Positions 9,530 to 20,731 of a stretch of DNA of 64,000 nt are shown piece after piece. The stretch lies in the NCBI GenBank assembly GCA_963807685.1, contig CAWECU010000010.1:35339-99338 (forward strand), in the 5' to 3' direction. Each line of letters opens with the position of its first letter. The first letter of the stretch is position 1. The stretch is from an uncultured Flavobacteriaceae bacterium (GTDB lineage Bacteria; Bacteroidota; Bacteroidia; Flavobacteriales; Flavobacteriaceae). Position numbers and translations under genes: made by a program. A model generated the notes under the pieces. That model made no database searches and was not told the origin of the DNA. It was given only the letters and a program-made list of their open reading frames with translations.

Positions 9530-10735
9530 ATGAAATTACAATTCTTCACTTTAGTATTGCTCTTCTGTTCTATTTATGTTTTAGAAGCACAGGAAATTAG
9601 CGATACAAAATTTGGCAACGGACTTATTAATTTTGTGGCGAAGGACAGTTCCTTCAGTGTAAAATTTGCGCCTCGAATTCAGGGTCGTTATATGATCAAT
9701 TGGGACCACGACGGAGAAAATTACGGCAGTGGTGAGCAGAACTTTTTAATTCGACGCGCTCGATTGAAATTTGACGGTTTCGCATATTCCCCTAAGCTGA
9801 AATACAAAATTGAGTTGGGGCTTTCGAACCGAGATATTTCCGGAGCCAATCAATTCAACCGAAACACACCGCGTTATATTCTCGATGCGGTCATTATGTG
9901 GAACTTTTATGAGAATTTTGAGCTGTGGGCAGGACAAACGAAATTACCCGGAAACGTCGAACGGGTAGTGTCTTCAGCCAATATGCAATTGATCGACCGA
10001 TCTTTATTGAACAGCAATTTTAACATTGACCGTGACGTGGGAATTCAAATTCGTCATCATGACAACCTGGGTGGAAACTTTTTGATACGCGAAAAAATAG
10101 CCATTTCTCAAGGGGAAGGAAGAAATGTAACAGAGGGTAACCTGGGCGGATTGCAATATACGGGACGTCTCGAGTTGCTGCCCTTTGGAAAATTTGCATC
10201 CAAAGGAGACTATTCTCAAGGAGATCTGAAGCGCGAACAAACACCAAAACTTATGGTAGGAGTTACGTACGACTTTAATCAGGATGCCGTTAAAACTCGC
10301 AGTAATTTAGGTTCCTATATGTTTCGCGAAGATGGCTCCTTATATCAAACCGATATCACCACACTTTTTGTGGACGGGATGTTTAAGTATAAAGGCTTTG
10401 CGTTTATGGGAGAATATGCGTTGCGCGATGCAGCAGATCCAGTCGCCCTGGAAGCCGACGGAATTACAGAAACCGGGGATATTGTGCGAACCGGGAGTGC
10501 GTTTAATGGGCAGGCAAGTTATTTGTTTCAGAACAATGTTGAAGTCACTGGACGATTTACGAGTCTGGATTTTGAAGCCGTCACGGGAAGAGATCCTCAG
10601 GAACAATATACCTTAGGAGTTTCAAAATATGTTGTGGGACATAAACTAAAAGTGCAATCCGACATCAGTTATAGTACCCAGGATGGAAATGAAGATAATA
10701 TCATGTTCCGATGCGGTTTCGATTTGCATTTCTAA
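9530..10735 (+). CDS. OprO/OprP-like phosphate-selective porin
   Basis: Signal peptide; RRARLKFDG, LDA, GQTKLP and DRS motifs; ends in F; sits next to phosphate transporters. Confidence 0.85.
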   Translation: MKLQFFTLVLLFCSIYVLEAQEISDTKFGNGLINFVAKDSSFSVKFAPRIQGRYMINWDHDGENYGSGEQNFLIRRARLKFDGFAYSPKLKYKIELGLSNRDISGANQFNRNTPRYILDAVIMWNFYENFELWAGQTKLPGNVERVVSSANMQLIDRSLLNSNFNIDRDVGIQIRHHDNLGGNFLIREKIAISQGEGRNVTEGNLGGLQYTGRLELLPFGKFASKGDYSQGDLKREQTPKLMVGVTYDFNQDAVKTRSNLGSYMFREDGSLYQTDITTLFVDGMFKYKGFAFMGEYALRDAADPVALEADGITETGDIVRTGSAFNGQASYLFQNNVEVTGRFTSLDFEAVTGRDPQEQYTLGVSKYVVGHKLKVQSDISYSTQDGNEDNIMFRCGFDLHF

Positions 10736-10856
10736 GAAGTTTGGAAGTAGTCTTGATGGATAAGGATCTTATTATTATCAGAAATAACAAATTGATTTTC
10801 AATATATTTGTAGATCAATCTTAATAGAATTTCCACTGCTTATCAATATTAGATAG

Positions 10857-10900
10857 TAACCTTTTCATAACATAGAATTTTAATAATTAAATTACGTTTG
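10857..10900 (+). promoter_or_regulatory. 11-bp-phased repeat plus -7 box upstream of the PiT transporter
   Basis: TAACC 10857, TAACA 10868, TACGTTTG 10893-10900. Confidence 0.6.
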
Positions 10901-10925
10901 TTTCACTTATACCAACCCAAAAATT

Positions 10926-13175
10926 ATGGAAAACATATACCTTTTAATGCTCGTTGCGCTGGTAATTCTAGCCGTTGCAGACATCATTGTTGGGGTGAGT
11001 AATGATGCTATCAATTTCTTAAACTCCGCCATTGGATCCAAGGCACTTCCCATGCGAACTATTATGATCGTCGCAAGTTTAGGTATTTTTATAGGAGCCG
11101 TCTATTCCAGTGGTTTGATGGAGGTAGCCCGGAAAGGGATTTTCGTTCCGGCAGAATTCAATTTCGATGAGATCATGATCATTTTTATGGCCGTAATGAT
11201 TACTGATATTCTGCTTCTCGACTTCTTTAACACCCTGGGCTTACCCACATCCACAACGGTTTCCATCGTATTCAACTTATTAGGAGCTGCCATCGTCATG
11301 TCCCTGATCAAGATTAGTGCGTCCAATACGGAGACCCTTGCAGATTTGACCAATTATATCAACACCGAAAAGGCCATGGAAATTATTAGTGGAATTCTAT
11401 TGTCGGTTGTAATTGCCTTCACGGTTGGAGCGCTGGTTCAATGGGTCTCACGGCTCCTATTTAGTTTTCAGTACGAAAAAAGAATTAAAACCTTTGGAGC
11501 GATCTTCGGTGGGGTTGCTTTAACGGCGATTACCTATTTTATTTTCTTGAAAGGACTGAAAGGCACTCCGGTTTACCAGCAATTAAAAGACTCTATCGAA
11601 GGCAACGAAATTATAATTTTGTTAGTTGCCTTTGTCGTCTGGACACTACTCTCCTACCTTTTTGAAATACTGACAAAAAAAACGGTATTACTGGTAGTGA
11701 TCGCCGTGGGTACTTTTGGCTTGGCTCTGGCCTTTTCCGGAAATGATCTGGTTAACTTTATCGGCGTTCCTATGGCCGCCTACCATTCATGGGAGGCATG
11801 GCATGGAACTGGCGTACCTGCCACCGAGTTCACCATGGAAGTTCTCGATGGTAAAATGCCGGCAGAACCCTTCTTACTATTTATCGCAGGAGGTATCATG
11901 GTGGTCACACTTTGGTTTTCTAAAAAAGCGAAAACAGTGGCCGAGACCGAAATTGGTTTGTCGCGTCAGGGTGATACACACGAAAAATTTCAACCCAATA
12001 TGCTTTCCAGAGGTATTGTAAAAGGAAGTACGCAATTGTCCAAATATTTCGGGACCATGGTGCCAGATTCCATCAAGGAAAAATTAGGAAGGAACTTCGA
12101 GAAACCTACTTCTGTAATGACGAAAGATGAGAGTATACAAGCTCCGGCATTCGACATGATACGAGCTTCCGTAAACCTTATGGTGGCAGGGGTTCTCATC
12201 TCCATTGCTACTTCTATGAAATTACCACTATCGACCACCTATGTAACTTTTATGGTTGCCATGGGTACCTCATTGGCAGATAAAGCCTGGGGTAGAGAAA
12301 GTGCTGTGTATCGGGTAGCGGGAGTTTTAAACGTAATCGGAGGCTGGTTCCTCACGGCCTTTGGAGCGCTCATCGCCGCTGGAATTGTTACGTTCTTGAT
12401 CAAATGGAACAAGGAAGTAATGATTCCCATACTACTTCTGATGACCGTTTTATTATTGGTGAGAAACTATCTATCGCATCGAAAAAAGAGCAATAAAACA
12501 CTGGAACCGGACGCCTTGAAGAAATCGGCAAGTAAAACCGTACAAGGTATTATTGCTGAAAGTGCCGACAATATCTCTAATGTCGTTAGCAGAACAAATA
12601 AGATCTACAGCGCGGTATTGAAAGGACTCGCAAAAGAAGATAAAACCGCTTTACAAAAAAGCAGAAAGGGAGTGGAAAAACTGGATGCCGAAATTGAAGA
12701 GATGAGAGATCATATTTTCTATTTCATCAAGAATCTGGACGAGACGAGTGTTCGAGGTAGTTCCTTCTACATCACCATATTGGCTTATCTTACAGATATT
12801 GCACAGTCACTCGATTATATTTCCAAGAAGAGCTATAAGCATGTGGACAACCACCACAAAGCGTTGCGCTTTAATCAAATTAAGGATCTTCAGGAAATCG
12901 AAACAAAGTTCCAGCATCTGTTGAAAGATATCCGCTCGATCTTCGATAATCGTGAATTCGAAAAATTAGGAACTTTGCTCGTGAGAAAACAAAAAGCTTA
13001 CGAGGATATCTCTAGCATGATCAACAAGCAGATCCAACGAACTCGTACGGAAGAATCAAGCCCGAAGAACACCACACTTTATTTCAACCTGCTAATGGAA
13101 ACTAAAGATCTGGTGACGGCCCTAATGAATTTAATGGATGAGTATTACAACAGTTATAATACTAAGAGTCATTAA
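10926..13175 (+). CDS. PiT-family inorganic phosphate transporter with a C-terminal PhoU-like helical domain
   Basis: GVSNDAINF, LPTSTT, SGNDLVNF and LPLSTT signature repeats; soluble helical tail. Confidence 0.92.
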   Translation: MENIYLLMLVALVILAVADIIVGVSNDAINFLNSAIGSKALPMRTIMIVASLGIFIGAVYSSGLMEVARKGIFVPAEFNFDEIMIIFMAVMITDILLLDFFNTLGLPTSTTVSIVFNLLGAAIVMSLIKISASNTETLADLTNYINTEKAMEIISGILLSVVIAFTVGALVQWVSRLLFSFQYEKRIKTFGAIFGGVALTAITYFIFLKGLKGTPVYQQLKDSIEGNEIIILLVAFVVWTLLSYLFEILTKKTVLLVVIAVGTFGLALAFSGNDLVNFIGVPMAAYHSWEAWHGTGVPATEFTMEVLDGKMPAEPFLLFIAGGIMVVTLWFSKKAKTVAETEIGLSRQGDTHEKFQPNMLSRGIVKGSTQLSKYFGTMVPDSIKEKLGRNFEKPTSVMTKDESIQAPAFDMIRASVNLMVAGVLISIATSMKLPLSTTYVTFMVAMGTSLADKAWGRESAVYRVAGVLNVIGGWFLTAFGALIAAGIVTFLIKWNKEVMIPILLLMTVLLLVRNYLSHRKKSNKTLEPDALKKSASKTVQGIIAESADNISNVVSRTNKIYSAVLKGLAKEDKTALQKSRKGVEKLDAEIEEMRDHIFYFIKNLDETSVRGSSFYITILAYLTDIAQSLDYISKKSYKHVDNHHKALRFNQIKDLQEIETKFQHLLKDIRSIFDNREFEKLGTLLVRKQKAYEDISSMINKQIQRTRTEESSPKNTTLYFNLLMETKDLVTALMNLMDEYYNSYNTKSH

Positions 13176-13209
13176 TCTCAAACTATTGAAAGCAACCCAT
13201 ATCCGCAAG

Positions 13210-14985
13210 CTATAATGGGTTGCTTTCCTTTTTCGCAGACGCTTCATCAATAAGCGTATCTCGTTCGCCATAGAGGAGTTCAGCCACGGTGATCAATTTC
13301 TCTATGGTATCGTTTACATTATCATTATCATTTACCAGCGAAGAACCCATATCTATGGTAACCAGATTGTCGCGAATGAGTCTATCTATGGACTTGTTGG
13401 TGGCGTGAATAGCAAGTTTTGCCTCTTCCTTTAATTCGAGTAGTTTCTGATAGTGTAATTCTTTACTTTTTTCATCTCCCTTTCTGAATAAATATATCGT
13501 ACGCAATACTTTGGCGATCTTTTTTCGGAATTTATCGTATTCCTTTCTAACGTATTTATTCTCCGAATTCAAGAATTTAGAGGCATTTACACCTAACTCC
13601 TTAATGTCCCGAACTATTTCTACCATCTTCCGGTTGGCCAATTTAAGTTCGGAAATATGTTTATTCTGGCTCTCAGTTAACTTCAGGTTACTCTGTCCAC
13701 GGGTGGCATAACTTATAATTTCGCCATAGATCTTTTTCACTTTTGTATAATACAGGGCTTCAACGTCGGTCTTCATATCTTCGGTGGACTTCTTGATGAT
13801 CTTTTTGATCTTTTCACCCCCTATAATATCTTCCCTGTGAATATTCAAAGCATGTGCGACAATCTCGTAAATTGCATTTTTAAAGAGATATTTTGATTCT
13901 TCTTCCAGAGACACGATCAAAGTTTCGGGGTATTTTGCGATATCGCGACTTAAAAACTTAGGTTCGTCAATTTCTCTTTCGGGCTCGAGTTTTACAGGAA
14001 CCATACGCTCTACGATTCGGGCAATGGGATTGATAAACCATAGCAACAGAAAGGTATTGGATATATTAAATATCGTATGGAACAAAGAGATAGCAACCGG
14101 AATGGCCGCAGCACTCAAATATGGAGAGTCCGAGCCCGTACGAATAGTAACCCAGGCGACCATTTTTAAAAAGGGATAAAACAAAATGAGCATCCAGATC
14201 ACCCCCAGAATATTAAACAATAAATGGGCCCTTGCGGTTCGTTTTGCGTGATAATTTGCAACTATCGCCGCCAAGTTTGCCGTAATCGTGGTGCCAATAT
14301 TTTCTCCTAAAACCATGGCGGCTGCCAGTTCAAAAGGAATCCAGCCCTGAGCCGTCATGATGAGAGTAAGAGCCATCGTAGCACTGGAGGACTGAATGAC
14401 CACTGTTAACAGGGTCCCGATCATCAGAAATAGGAGTACCGAAAGAAAGCCCAGATCAGTATACCTGGTTAAAAACTCAAGAATTTGAGGATTCTCGTTG
14501 ATATCGGGAACCGCATCCTTTAAAAACTGAAGCCCGATGAACAATACAGAAAAACCGATGATAAAAATACCCCAGTTCTTTAATGTCTCTTTCTTAGCAA
14601 AGGTCATAGCAAATCCAAACCCCACCAATGGCAAGGCGATAGAACTCATACTCACTTTAAAGCCCAAAATAGTAATAAGCCAGGCGGTAATAGTGGTGCC
14701 AATATTTGCACCCATGATCACGCTTATCGATTCGGTGAGAGTGAGTAGTGAAGCATTGGAAAAACTTACTACCATTAAGGTAGTCGCCGAAGAAGACTGA
14801 ATCACGGAAGTAATTCCAAACCCGGTAAATATTCCTAAGAATCTGTTGGAGGTCATCGTCGCCAGTATCCGCCGCATTCGATCTCCGGCCAAATCCATAA
14901 GCGCATCACTCATTACCTTCATTCCGAAGAGAAAGAGCCCTAACGATCCAAATAGTTGAAGTAAATCGGTAAAACCGTAGTCCAT
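13210..14985 (-). CDS. Na/Pi cotransporter (NptA/YjbB family)
   Basis: QSSSAT twice, GANIGTT and GENIGTT; PhoU-like C-terminus. Confidence 0.93.
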   Translation of the reverse strand: MDYGFTDLLQLFGSLGLFLFGMKVMSDALMDLAGDRMRRILATMTSNRFLGIFTGFGITSVIQSSSATTLMVVSFSNASLLTLTESISVIMGANIGTTITAWLITILGFKVSMSSIALPLVGFGFAMTFAKKETLKNWGIFIIGFSVLFIGLQFLKDAVPDINENPQILEFLTRYTDLGFLSVLLFLMIGTLLTVVIQSSSATMALTLIMTAQGWIPFELAAAMVLGENIGTTITANLAAIVANYHAKRTARAHLLFNILGVIWMLILFYPFLKMVAWVTIRTGSDSPYLSAAAIPVAISLFHTIFNISNTFLLLWFINPIARIVERMVPVKLEPEREIDEPKFLSRDIAKYPETLIVSLEEESKYLFKNAIYEIVAHALNIHREDIIGGEKIKKIIKKSTEDMKTDVEALYYTKVKKIYGEIISYATRGQSNLKLTESQNKHISELKLANRKMVEIVRDIKELGVNASKFLNSENKYVRKEYDKFRKKIAKVLRTIYLFRKGDEKSKELHYQKLLELKEEAKLAIHATNKSIDRLIRDNLVTIDMGSSLVNDNDNVNDTIEKLITVAELLYGERDTLIDEASAKKESNPL

Positions 14986-15012
14986 AAATTATTTAGTTCT
15001 TGCCACGATAAA

Positions 15013-15028
15013 TGTAACTAATATGTTA
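15013..15028 (-). promoter_or_regulatory. 11-bp-phased repeat upstream of the Na/Pi cotransporter
   Basis: Minus strand reads TAACATATTAG TTACA. Confidence 0.5.
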
Positions 15029-15056
15029 TATTGAAATATGATAAATCTCATTTAAA

Positions 15057-15779
15057 ATGAAATCTCTTTTTTTATACGCTTACCTGTTTTTACTACCACT
15101 TACCTTCACCGGGCAAACCCTAACAGGAGACGAACTGCTCGACAAAGCCATTGCCTATCACGATCCCAATGGCAATTGGGCGCGTTTTAACGGAAGCCTC
15201 AAGGTCACTTCGCAAACCCCAAATGGACCTGCACGAGTAAGCGAAATTGATATCAACATTCCCGAAGAATATTTTTATATTAAAACTACCCGGGAAACCA
15301 CAACGACCGAGTACACTATCGAAAAAGAGGATTGCCGTATGGCTTTCAACGGTGAGACCGATCTTTCGGAGGCAACAATCAAGGAAAACCGTTTGAGCTG
15401 CCGACGGGCCGAAACTTTTAGAAACTATTACTCCTATCTGTACGGCCTGCCCATGAAGTTAAAAGACCCCGGAACCAACGTAGTACAGCAGGTAAATGCG
15501 CAAACCTTCAAAGGAAAAAGATATCTCGTGCTTTGGGTGACCTACGATGTGAGCGTGGGAACAGACGTTTGGACCTTCTATTTTGACCCCTATACCTATG
15601 CCATGGAAATTTATCAATTCCACAAAGGAGACCCGAGAAGATTGGGTAAAGACACGGGCGAATATATTATACTAAAAGATGAAGTGGTTATTGATGGAAT
15701 TAAAATGCCGAAAACAAGAGCCTGGTTTTACAACAAAGACGATAAATATCTGGGCACCGATACTCTTGAAAAAAAGTAG
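15057..15779 (+). CDS. Secreted protein, DUF6503-like
   Basis: Signal peptide; AIAYHDP.G.W, NYYSYLYGLPMKLKDPG, VGTDVWTFYF. Confidence 0.7.
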   Translation: MKSLFLYAYLFLLPLTFTGQTLTGDELLDKAIAYHDPNGNWARFNGSLKVTSQTPNGPARVSEIDINIPEEYFYIKTTRETTTTEYTIEKEDCRMAFNGETDLSEATIKENRLSCRRAETFRNYYSYLYGLPMKLKDPGTNVVQQVNAQTFKGKRYLVLWVTYDVSVGTDVWTFYFDPYTYAMEIYQFHKGDPRRLGKDTGEYIILKDEVVIDGIKMPKTRAWFYNKDDKYLGTDTLEKK

Positions 15780-15785
15780 TATCTA

Positions 15786-16919
15786 ATGTCCCAATCTCGC
15801 AAATTAAGAGAAGTAGCGACTGTCTTTTTCAAACTGGGCTGTTTTGCTTTTGGAGGCCCCGCCGCCCATATCGCGCTCATGGAAGATGAAGTAGTCACCC
15901 GACGCAAATGGATGAGCCGGGAACATTTTCTGGACCTTATTGGAGCGACCAACTTAATCCCAGGACCCAACAGCACCGAAATGACCATGCACTGCGGCCA
16001 TGAATATGCGGGTCGCAACGGACTTTTCGTGGCGGGTATCAGCTTCATTTTTCCAGCTGTATTTATTACGGGGCTTTTGGCCTATCTCTACACGACCTAC
16101 GGAACCCTTCCTCAAGTTCAACCTTTTATTGCTGGCATTCAACCTGCGGTACTGGCCATCATAGCTTCGGCTATTTTGAAATTGGGCAAAAAGGCTGTAA
16201 AAAATTGGGAGCTTGCCGTTCTGGGTGTGGTCGTACTGACTGCAAGTTTGCTCGGTATAAACGAAGTGGTCACCTTACTTTTAGGGGGGCTTTTGGGTGT
16301 TATCTATTTTTTTCTGAAAAGTAAATGGCAGGCATCACAGGCAAACAGCTTTTTCCCGATTGCATTGCTATTTCTTTGTTCGGAAGTAGTTACAAAACTG
16401 ACCACGTTAAAAATCTTCTGGATATTTCTGAAAGTGGGAAGCATCCTGTACGGAAGTGGCTACGTATTGTTCGCCTATCTGGATGCCGAACTCGTCACCC
16501 CTGGAATCCTGTCCCGCCCTGAACTTATCGACGCCATCGGAATTGGTCAATTTACGCCGGGTCCCGTGCTGTCCACGGCCACCTTCATTGGATATCAATT
16601 GGGTGGCTTCTGGGGTTCGGTGGCGGCTACGACCGGTATTTTTCTGCCGTCTTTTCTGTTTGTCTGGATTTTAAATCCGTTAGTTCCAAAAATGCGAAAG
16701 TCGAAAGTACTGGGAATGTTTTTAGACAGCGTGAATGTGGCTGCGGTAGCGGTCATGCTCTCGGTGCTCTACGTAATGAGTTTGGATACGATCACCAACT
16801 GGAGGCCCATGGCAATCGCCTTATTGAGTGCTGTGATTGTTTTTCGGTTTAAAAAAGTAAGCGTAATCTGGGTGATTGTTTTAGGTGCTCTTGCCGGCTA
16901 TTTGTTTAGCCTCCTTTAA
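15786..16919 (+). CDS. chrA: Chromate efflux transporter
   Basis: FGGPAAHIALM, IPGPNS, YGSGY, TPGP duplicated halves. Confidence 0.93.
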   Translation: MSQSRKLREVATVFFKLGCFAFGGPAAHIALMEDEVVTRRKWMSREHFLDLIGATNLIPGPNSTEMTMHCGHEYAGRNGLFVAGISFIFPAVFITGLLAYLYTTYGTLPQVQPFIAGIQPAVLAIIASAILKLGKKAVKNWELAVLGVVVLTASLLGINEVVTLLLGGLLGVIYFFLKSKWQASQANSFFPIALLFLCSEVVTKLTTLKIFWIFLKVGSILYGSGYVLFAYLDAELVTPGILSRPELIDAIGIGQFTPGPVLSTATFIGYQLGGFWGSVAATTGIFLPSFLFVWILNPLVPKMRKSKVLGMFLDSVNVAAVAVMLSVLYVMSLDTITNWRPMAIALLSAVIVFRFKKVSVIWVIVLGALAGYLFSLL

Positions 16920-17671
16920 AATTCCAGATAGATATCGCTGCTATAATAATAGTAATCCAACAGTACCACCAGCAGGTTGTGAATAAAGTGAATGATCATC
17001 CCCAACCATAAGGTATTGTACTTATGGCGTAGATAGCCCAGTACAATTCCGAAGGGGAAAATCCAAAGAATCGATATCCATGAAAAGTGGATCAACGCAA
17101 AGATAAAGGCCGTCGCCAATATGGTGACACTTGGGCTGGCAATGGCCCGTAATTGATTGAACAAAAAACCGCGAAAGGCCAATTCTTCGAAAATAGGTGG
17201 AATCACCGTATAGAAAATAAGGACCCAAAATAAGGCGTTGGTATAGGCTTCGTAATCGTAAAAGATATTGTCGGGCATTCCAATGAGCCAGTCGTTGAGC
17301 CAGCCTACGCTGTAATAGACCAGGACCGCCGAAAACATGGGAAAAAGGATGGAGAAGAGTATATTTTTCCAATGAAGCTGTTTTATATTGTAGAGGGCAA
17401 ATACGTTTTTCGCATCAAAAAAGGTAAAGAGTAATGTCAACAGGATAAAAACAGCTTCAATGGCAATCTCGGTTCCCAAACTATAAGCTTCTTCAAGTAA
17501 GGCAAAAGATACAATCGCAAAGATCAAATAGGATATGTAAAAGGCGAGCACCAATTGCAAGCTATTTTTCTCTTTTACATCGTGTTGCAAGCGAATCTTC
17601 TTTCCGCAGTGTCCACAGTACGAATCGAGTGAAAAAACGGTGTTTTTACAATGTGGACAGGTTGTATCCAT
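16916..17671 (-). CDS. CPBP (Abi/CAAX) intramembrane metalloprotease with an N-terminal zinc ribbon
   Basis: EELAFRG, FALIH and HFIHN motifs; CPHC-x10-CGHC. Confidence 0.9.
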   Translation of the reverse strand: MDTTCPHCKNTVFSLDSYCGHCGKKIRLQHDVKEKNSLQLVLAFYISYLIFAIVSFALLEEAYSLGTEIAIEAVFILLTLLFTFFDAKNVFALYNIKQLHWKNILFSILFPMFSAVLVYYSVGWLNDWLIGMPDNIFYDYEAYTNALFWVLIFYTVIPPIFEELAFRGFLFNQLRAIASPSVTILATAFIFALIHFSWISILWIFPFGIVLGYLRHKYNTLWLGMIIHFIHNLLVVLLDYYYYSSDIYLEF

Positions 17672-17676
17672 AGGGC

Positions 17677-18177
17677 TTAATTTGCTTTACGTAAATGCAA
17701 AGCAGAATTGATCCCCTTTATCAAAAAGACGATCACAATGACCTTAATAATAATTCCCTTATGAATAGTTTCCGGTTCGATAATGGCACTTAAAACAATG
17801 TTGGTGAGATACAGCAACAAACCAAGAACTAGGGCGATCAAAGGTTTTTGTTGAGACCAGAAACCCAATATTAAATAAATTATGGTCATAATTGCCGCGG
17901 CGATAAATGTTGCCGTATCATCCTGAGCGAAAAAAATGATAATGCCATATAAAAAGGTGATTCCAGCCACAAAGAATAGGGTGTTTCGGGCCTGTTTGAT
18001 GAGCTTGGGTGCTTCTCTGGATTTTCCCCTGGCCATACTTTGTTCGGCGTGAAATTTTGCTTTTTCACCCGCTGTACCCCGTTGCGGAAAACCACAACCC
18101 GAACAAAATTTTTGTTCTTCTTTAATAAGCGATTGACATTGTGTACAGGATAATTCCTGTGTGACCAATTCTTCCAT
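17677..18177 (-). CDS. Zinc-ribbon membrane protein (about 4 TM)
   Basis: CTQC-x10-CSGC followed by hydrophobic helices. Confidence 0.75.
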   Translation of the reverse strand: MEELVTQELSCTQCQSLIKEEQKFCSGCGFPQRGTAGEKAKFHAEQSMARGKSREAPKLIKQARNTLFFVAGITFLYGIIIFFAQDDTATFIAAAIMTIIYLILGFWSQQKPLIALVLGLLLYLTNIVLSAIIEPETIHKGIIIKVIVIVFLIKGINSALHLRKAN

Positions 18178-18218
18178 GGACTAAAATAAAAAGTTGAAAG
18201 GCGAATATAATAAAACCT

Positions 18219-18248
18219 AAAAAAAGGAAGGCGAATTGCCTTCCTTTT
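18219..18248 (-). terminator. Intrinsic terminator after nrdA
   Basis: AAAAGGAAGGC-gaatt-GCCTTCCTTTT. Confidence 0.85.
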
Positions 18249-18304
18249 CCATTCTTATCACTTTAAATTTAAGGGAATCGAACAGATTCCCATCTTTGCG
18301 AGAC

Positions 18305-20731
18305 TTAAGATCCGCACATTAAGCAATCATCATCACTTTCGGCTTCTTTGGATTTCTCGAGCAATTCGCGCAGTTCTTTTGCGGTCAACGGTTTGGTTTC
18401 GCTCGTCAAAGAGGTAGCCTCTACCGGTGCTTCCACCATCGCCGGAGCGGGTTCATTTTTAACCTCTTTCTTCAGCGTAAACTTAATGGCGTCTACCGCA
18501 CTCTTCGTACGCAAGTAATACATTCCCGTTTTTAGACCGCTCTTCCAAGCATAGAAATGCATCGAAGTTAATTTTGCCATATTTGCGTTCTCCATAAAGA
18601 GGTTCAGTGACTGGGATTGATCGATAAAATATCCTCTATGACGGGACATATCGATGATGTCTTTCATACTCAGCTCCCAAACGGTTTTGTATAACTCTTT
18701 CAGGTCCTGAGGAATTGAATCCACATCCTGTATCGATCCATTGGCACGCATGATCTCCTCTTTCAAGTCGTCATTCCAAAGATTCAATTCTACCAGATCT
18801 TCCAGCAGGTGTTTGTTTACAACAATGAACTCTCCCGAAAGTACACGTCGGGTGTAGATGTTTGAAGTATAGGGCTCGAAAGCTTCATTGTTCCCAAGAA
18901 TCTGCGAGGTGGACGCCGTAGGCATGGGAGCGACAAGCAGTGAATTTCGCACCCCGTGTTTTTTCACTTCTTTACGCAATTTCGACCAATCCCAGCGGCC
19001 GCTTAATTCTTCGTCTTTAATATTCCAAAGATTGTGCTGGAACTCCCCTTTCGAAATAGGAGATCCTTCATACGTCTCATAAGGGCCATCTGTTTTTGCT
19101 TCTTCCATGGAAGCGGTGACGGCCGCGAAATACAAGGTTTCAAAAATCTCCTGATTTATCTTTTTAGCTTCATCGCAGGTGAATGGTAAGCGCATCATGA
19201 TGAAGGTATCTGCCAATCCCTGGATACCCAAGCCCACTGGACGGTGACGGAAATTCGAATTCTCTGCTTCCTTGACCGGATAGTAATTTCGGTCAATCAC
19301 CCGGTTTAGGTTTTTGGTCACCCGTTTGGTCACTCTAAATAATTCCTTGTGGTCGAACTCCCCGTTCTTTACGAACATGGGTAAGGCAATGGAAGCCAGG
19401 TTACAAACGGCAACCTCATCCGGAGAGGTGTACTCCATGATCTCCGTACATAAATTGGAAGAACGAATGGTTCCTAAATTTTGTTGATTGCTCTTACGGT
19501 TGGCCGCATCTTTATACAACATATAAGGGGTCCCGGTTTCAATCTGAGATTCAAGAATCTTCTCCCATAGCTCACGCGCTTTAATCGTTTTTCTTCCCTT
19601 ATCGTCTGCTTCGTATTTCAGGTATAGCGCATCAAATTCCTCACTGTGTACATCACAGAGACCGGGACATTCGTTGGGGCACATTAAGGTCCATTCCCCG
19701 TCCTCCTGAACTCGTTGCATGAACAAGTCGGGAATCCACATGGCATAAAACAGGTCACGAGCTCGCATTTCCTCTTTTCCGTGGTTCTTCTTTAAATCCA
19801 GGAAGTCGAAAATATCTGCATGCCATGGTTCTATGTAGATGGCGAAACTTCCTTTGCGTTTTCCGCCACCCTGGTCCACATATCGGGCGGTGTCGTTATA
19901 GACTCTCAACATGGGGACAATCCCGTTGGACGTTCCGTTGGTTCCCGAAATATAGGATCCCGTAGCCCGAATGTTGTGTATAGACAAACCGATGCCCCCG
20001 GCAGATTGCGAGATCTTGGCTGTTTGCTTCAACGTATCGTAAATACCATCGATGCTATCGTCTTTCATGGTCAGCAGGAAGCAGGAAGACATTTGCGGTT
20101 TTGGGGTTCCACTGTTAAATAGGGTTGGTGTAGCGTGCGTAAAAAACTTCTTCGACATTAGCTCGTAAGTCTCCTTTGCGGCTGCCAGATCGTTCAGGTG
20201 AATCCCAATAGAAACCCGCATAAGCATATGCTGTGGTCGTTCAACAATTTGCCCGTTCAGTTTCAATAAGTAGGAACGCTCCAGGGTTTTAAATCCGAAA
20301 TAATCGTAACCAAAATCACGGTTGTAGATAATAGTAGAGTCCAGCTCGTCGGCATTTTCCCGAATAATTTTGTACACCTCATCGCTCAACAAGGGTGCGT
20401 CCTTCCCGGTACGTGGGTTCACATACTCGTAGAGGTCTGTCATTACTTCGGAAAAAGACTTCTTCGTGTTTTTATGAAGGTTGGAAACCGATATTCTCGC
20501 TGCCAGTCGTGCATAGTCCGGGTGAGATACGGTCATGGTTGCGGCAATCTCTGCAGCCAAATTGTCCAATTCGCTTGTGGTTACCCCATCGTACAAGCCT
20601 TCGATGACACGCATTGCCACTTTCAGAGGATCTACCAATTCATTTAAACCATAACATAGTTTCCGAATCCTTGCGGTAATCTTGTCGAACATGATCAGTT
20701 CTTTGCGGCCGTCTCTCTTAATTACATTCAT
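18305..20731 (-). CDS. nrdA: Class Ia ribonucleotide reductase alpha subunit with ATP cone
   Basis: VIKRDG ATP cone, SSCF, SNLCTEI, VCNLAS, PTAST, MYYLR, C-terminal CLMC. Confidence 0.98.
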   Translation of the reverse strand: MNVIKRDGRKELIMFDKITARIRKLCYGLNELVDPLKVAMRVIEGLYDGVTTSELDNLAAEIAATMTVSHPDYARLAARISVSNLHKNTKKSFSEVMTDLYEYVNPRTGKDAPLLSDEVYKIIRENADELDSTIIYNRDFGYDYFGFKTLERSYLLKLNGQIVERPQHMLMRVSIGIHLNDLAAAKETYELMSKKFFTHATPTLFNSGTPKPQMSSCFLLTMKDDSIDGIYDTLKQTAKISQSAGGIGLSIHNIRATGSYISGTNGTSNGIVPMLRVYNDTARYVDQGGGKRKGSFAIYIEPWHADIFDFLDLKKNHGKEEMRARDLFYAMWIPDLFMQRVQEDGEWTLMCPNECPGLCDVHSEEFDALYLKYEADDKGRKTIKARELWEKILESQIETGTPYMLYKDAANRKSNQQNLGTIRSSNLCTEIMEYTSPDEVAVCNLASIALPMFVKNGEFDHKELFRVTKRVTKNLNRVIDRNYYPVKEAENSNFRHRPVGLGIQGLADTFIMMRLPFTCDEAKKINQEIFETLYFAAVTASMEEAKTDGPYETYEGSPISKGEFQHNLWNIKDEELSGRWDWSKLRKEVKKHGVRNSLLVAPMPTASTSQILGNNEAFEPYTSNIYTRRVLSGEFIVVNKHLLEDLVELNLWNDDLKEEIMRANGSIQDVDSIPQDLKELYKTVWELSMKDIIDMSRHRGYFIDQSQSLNLFMENANMAKLTSMHFYAWKSGLKTGMYYLRTKSAVDAIKFTLKKEVKNEPAPAMVEAPVEATSLTSETKPLTAKELRELLEKSKEAESDDDCLMCGS

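Noticed and set aside
15786-16919. chrA as a member of the phosphate regulon
   Set aside because: It lies behind an unrelated gene, and the nearby repeat is oriented toward the Na/Pi gene; adjacency alone is insufficient.
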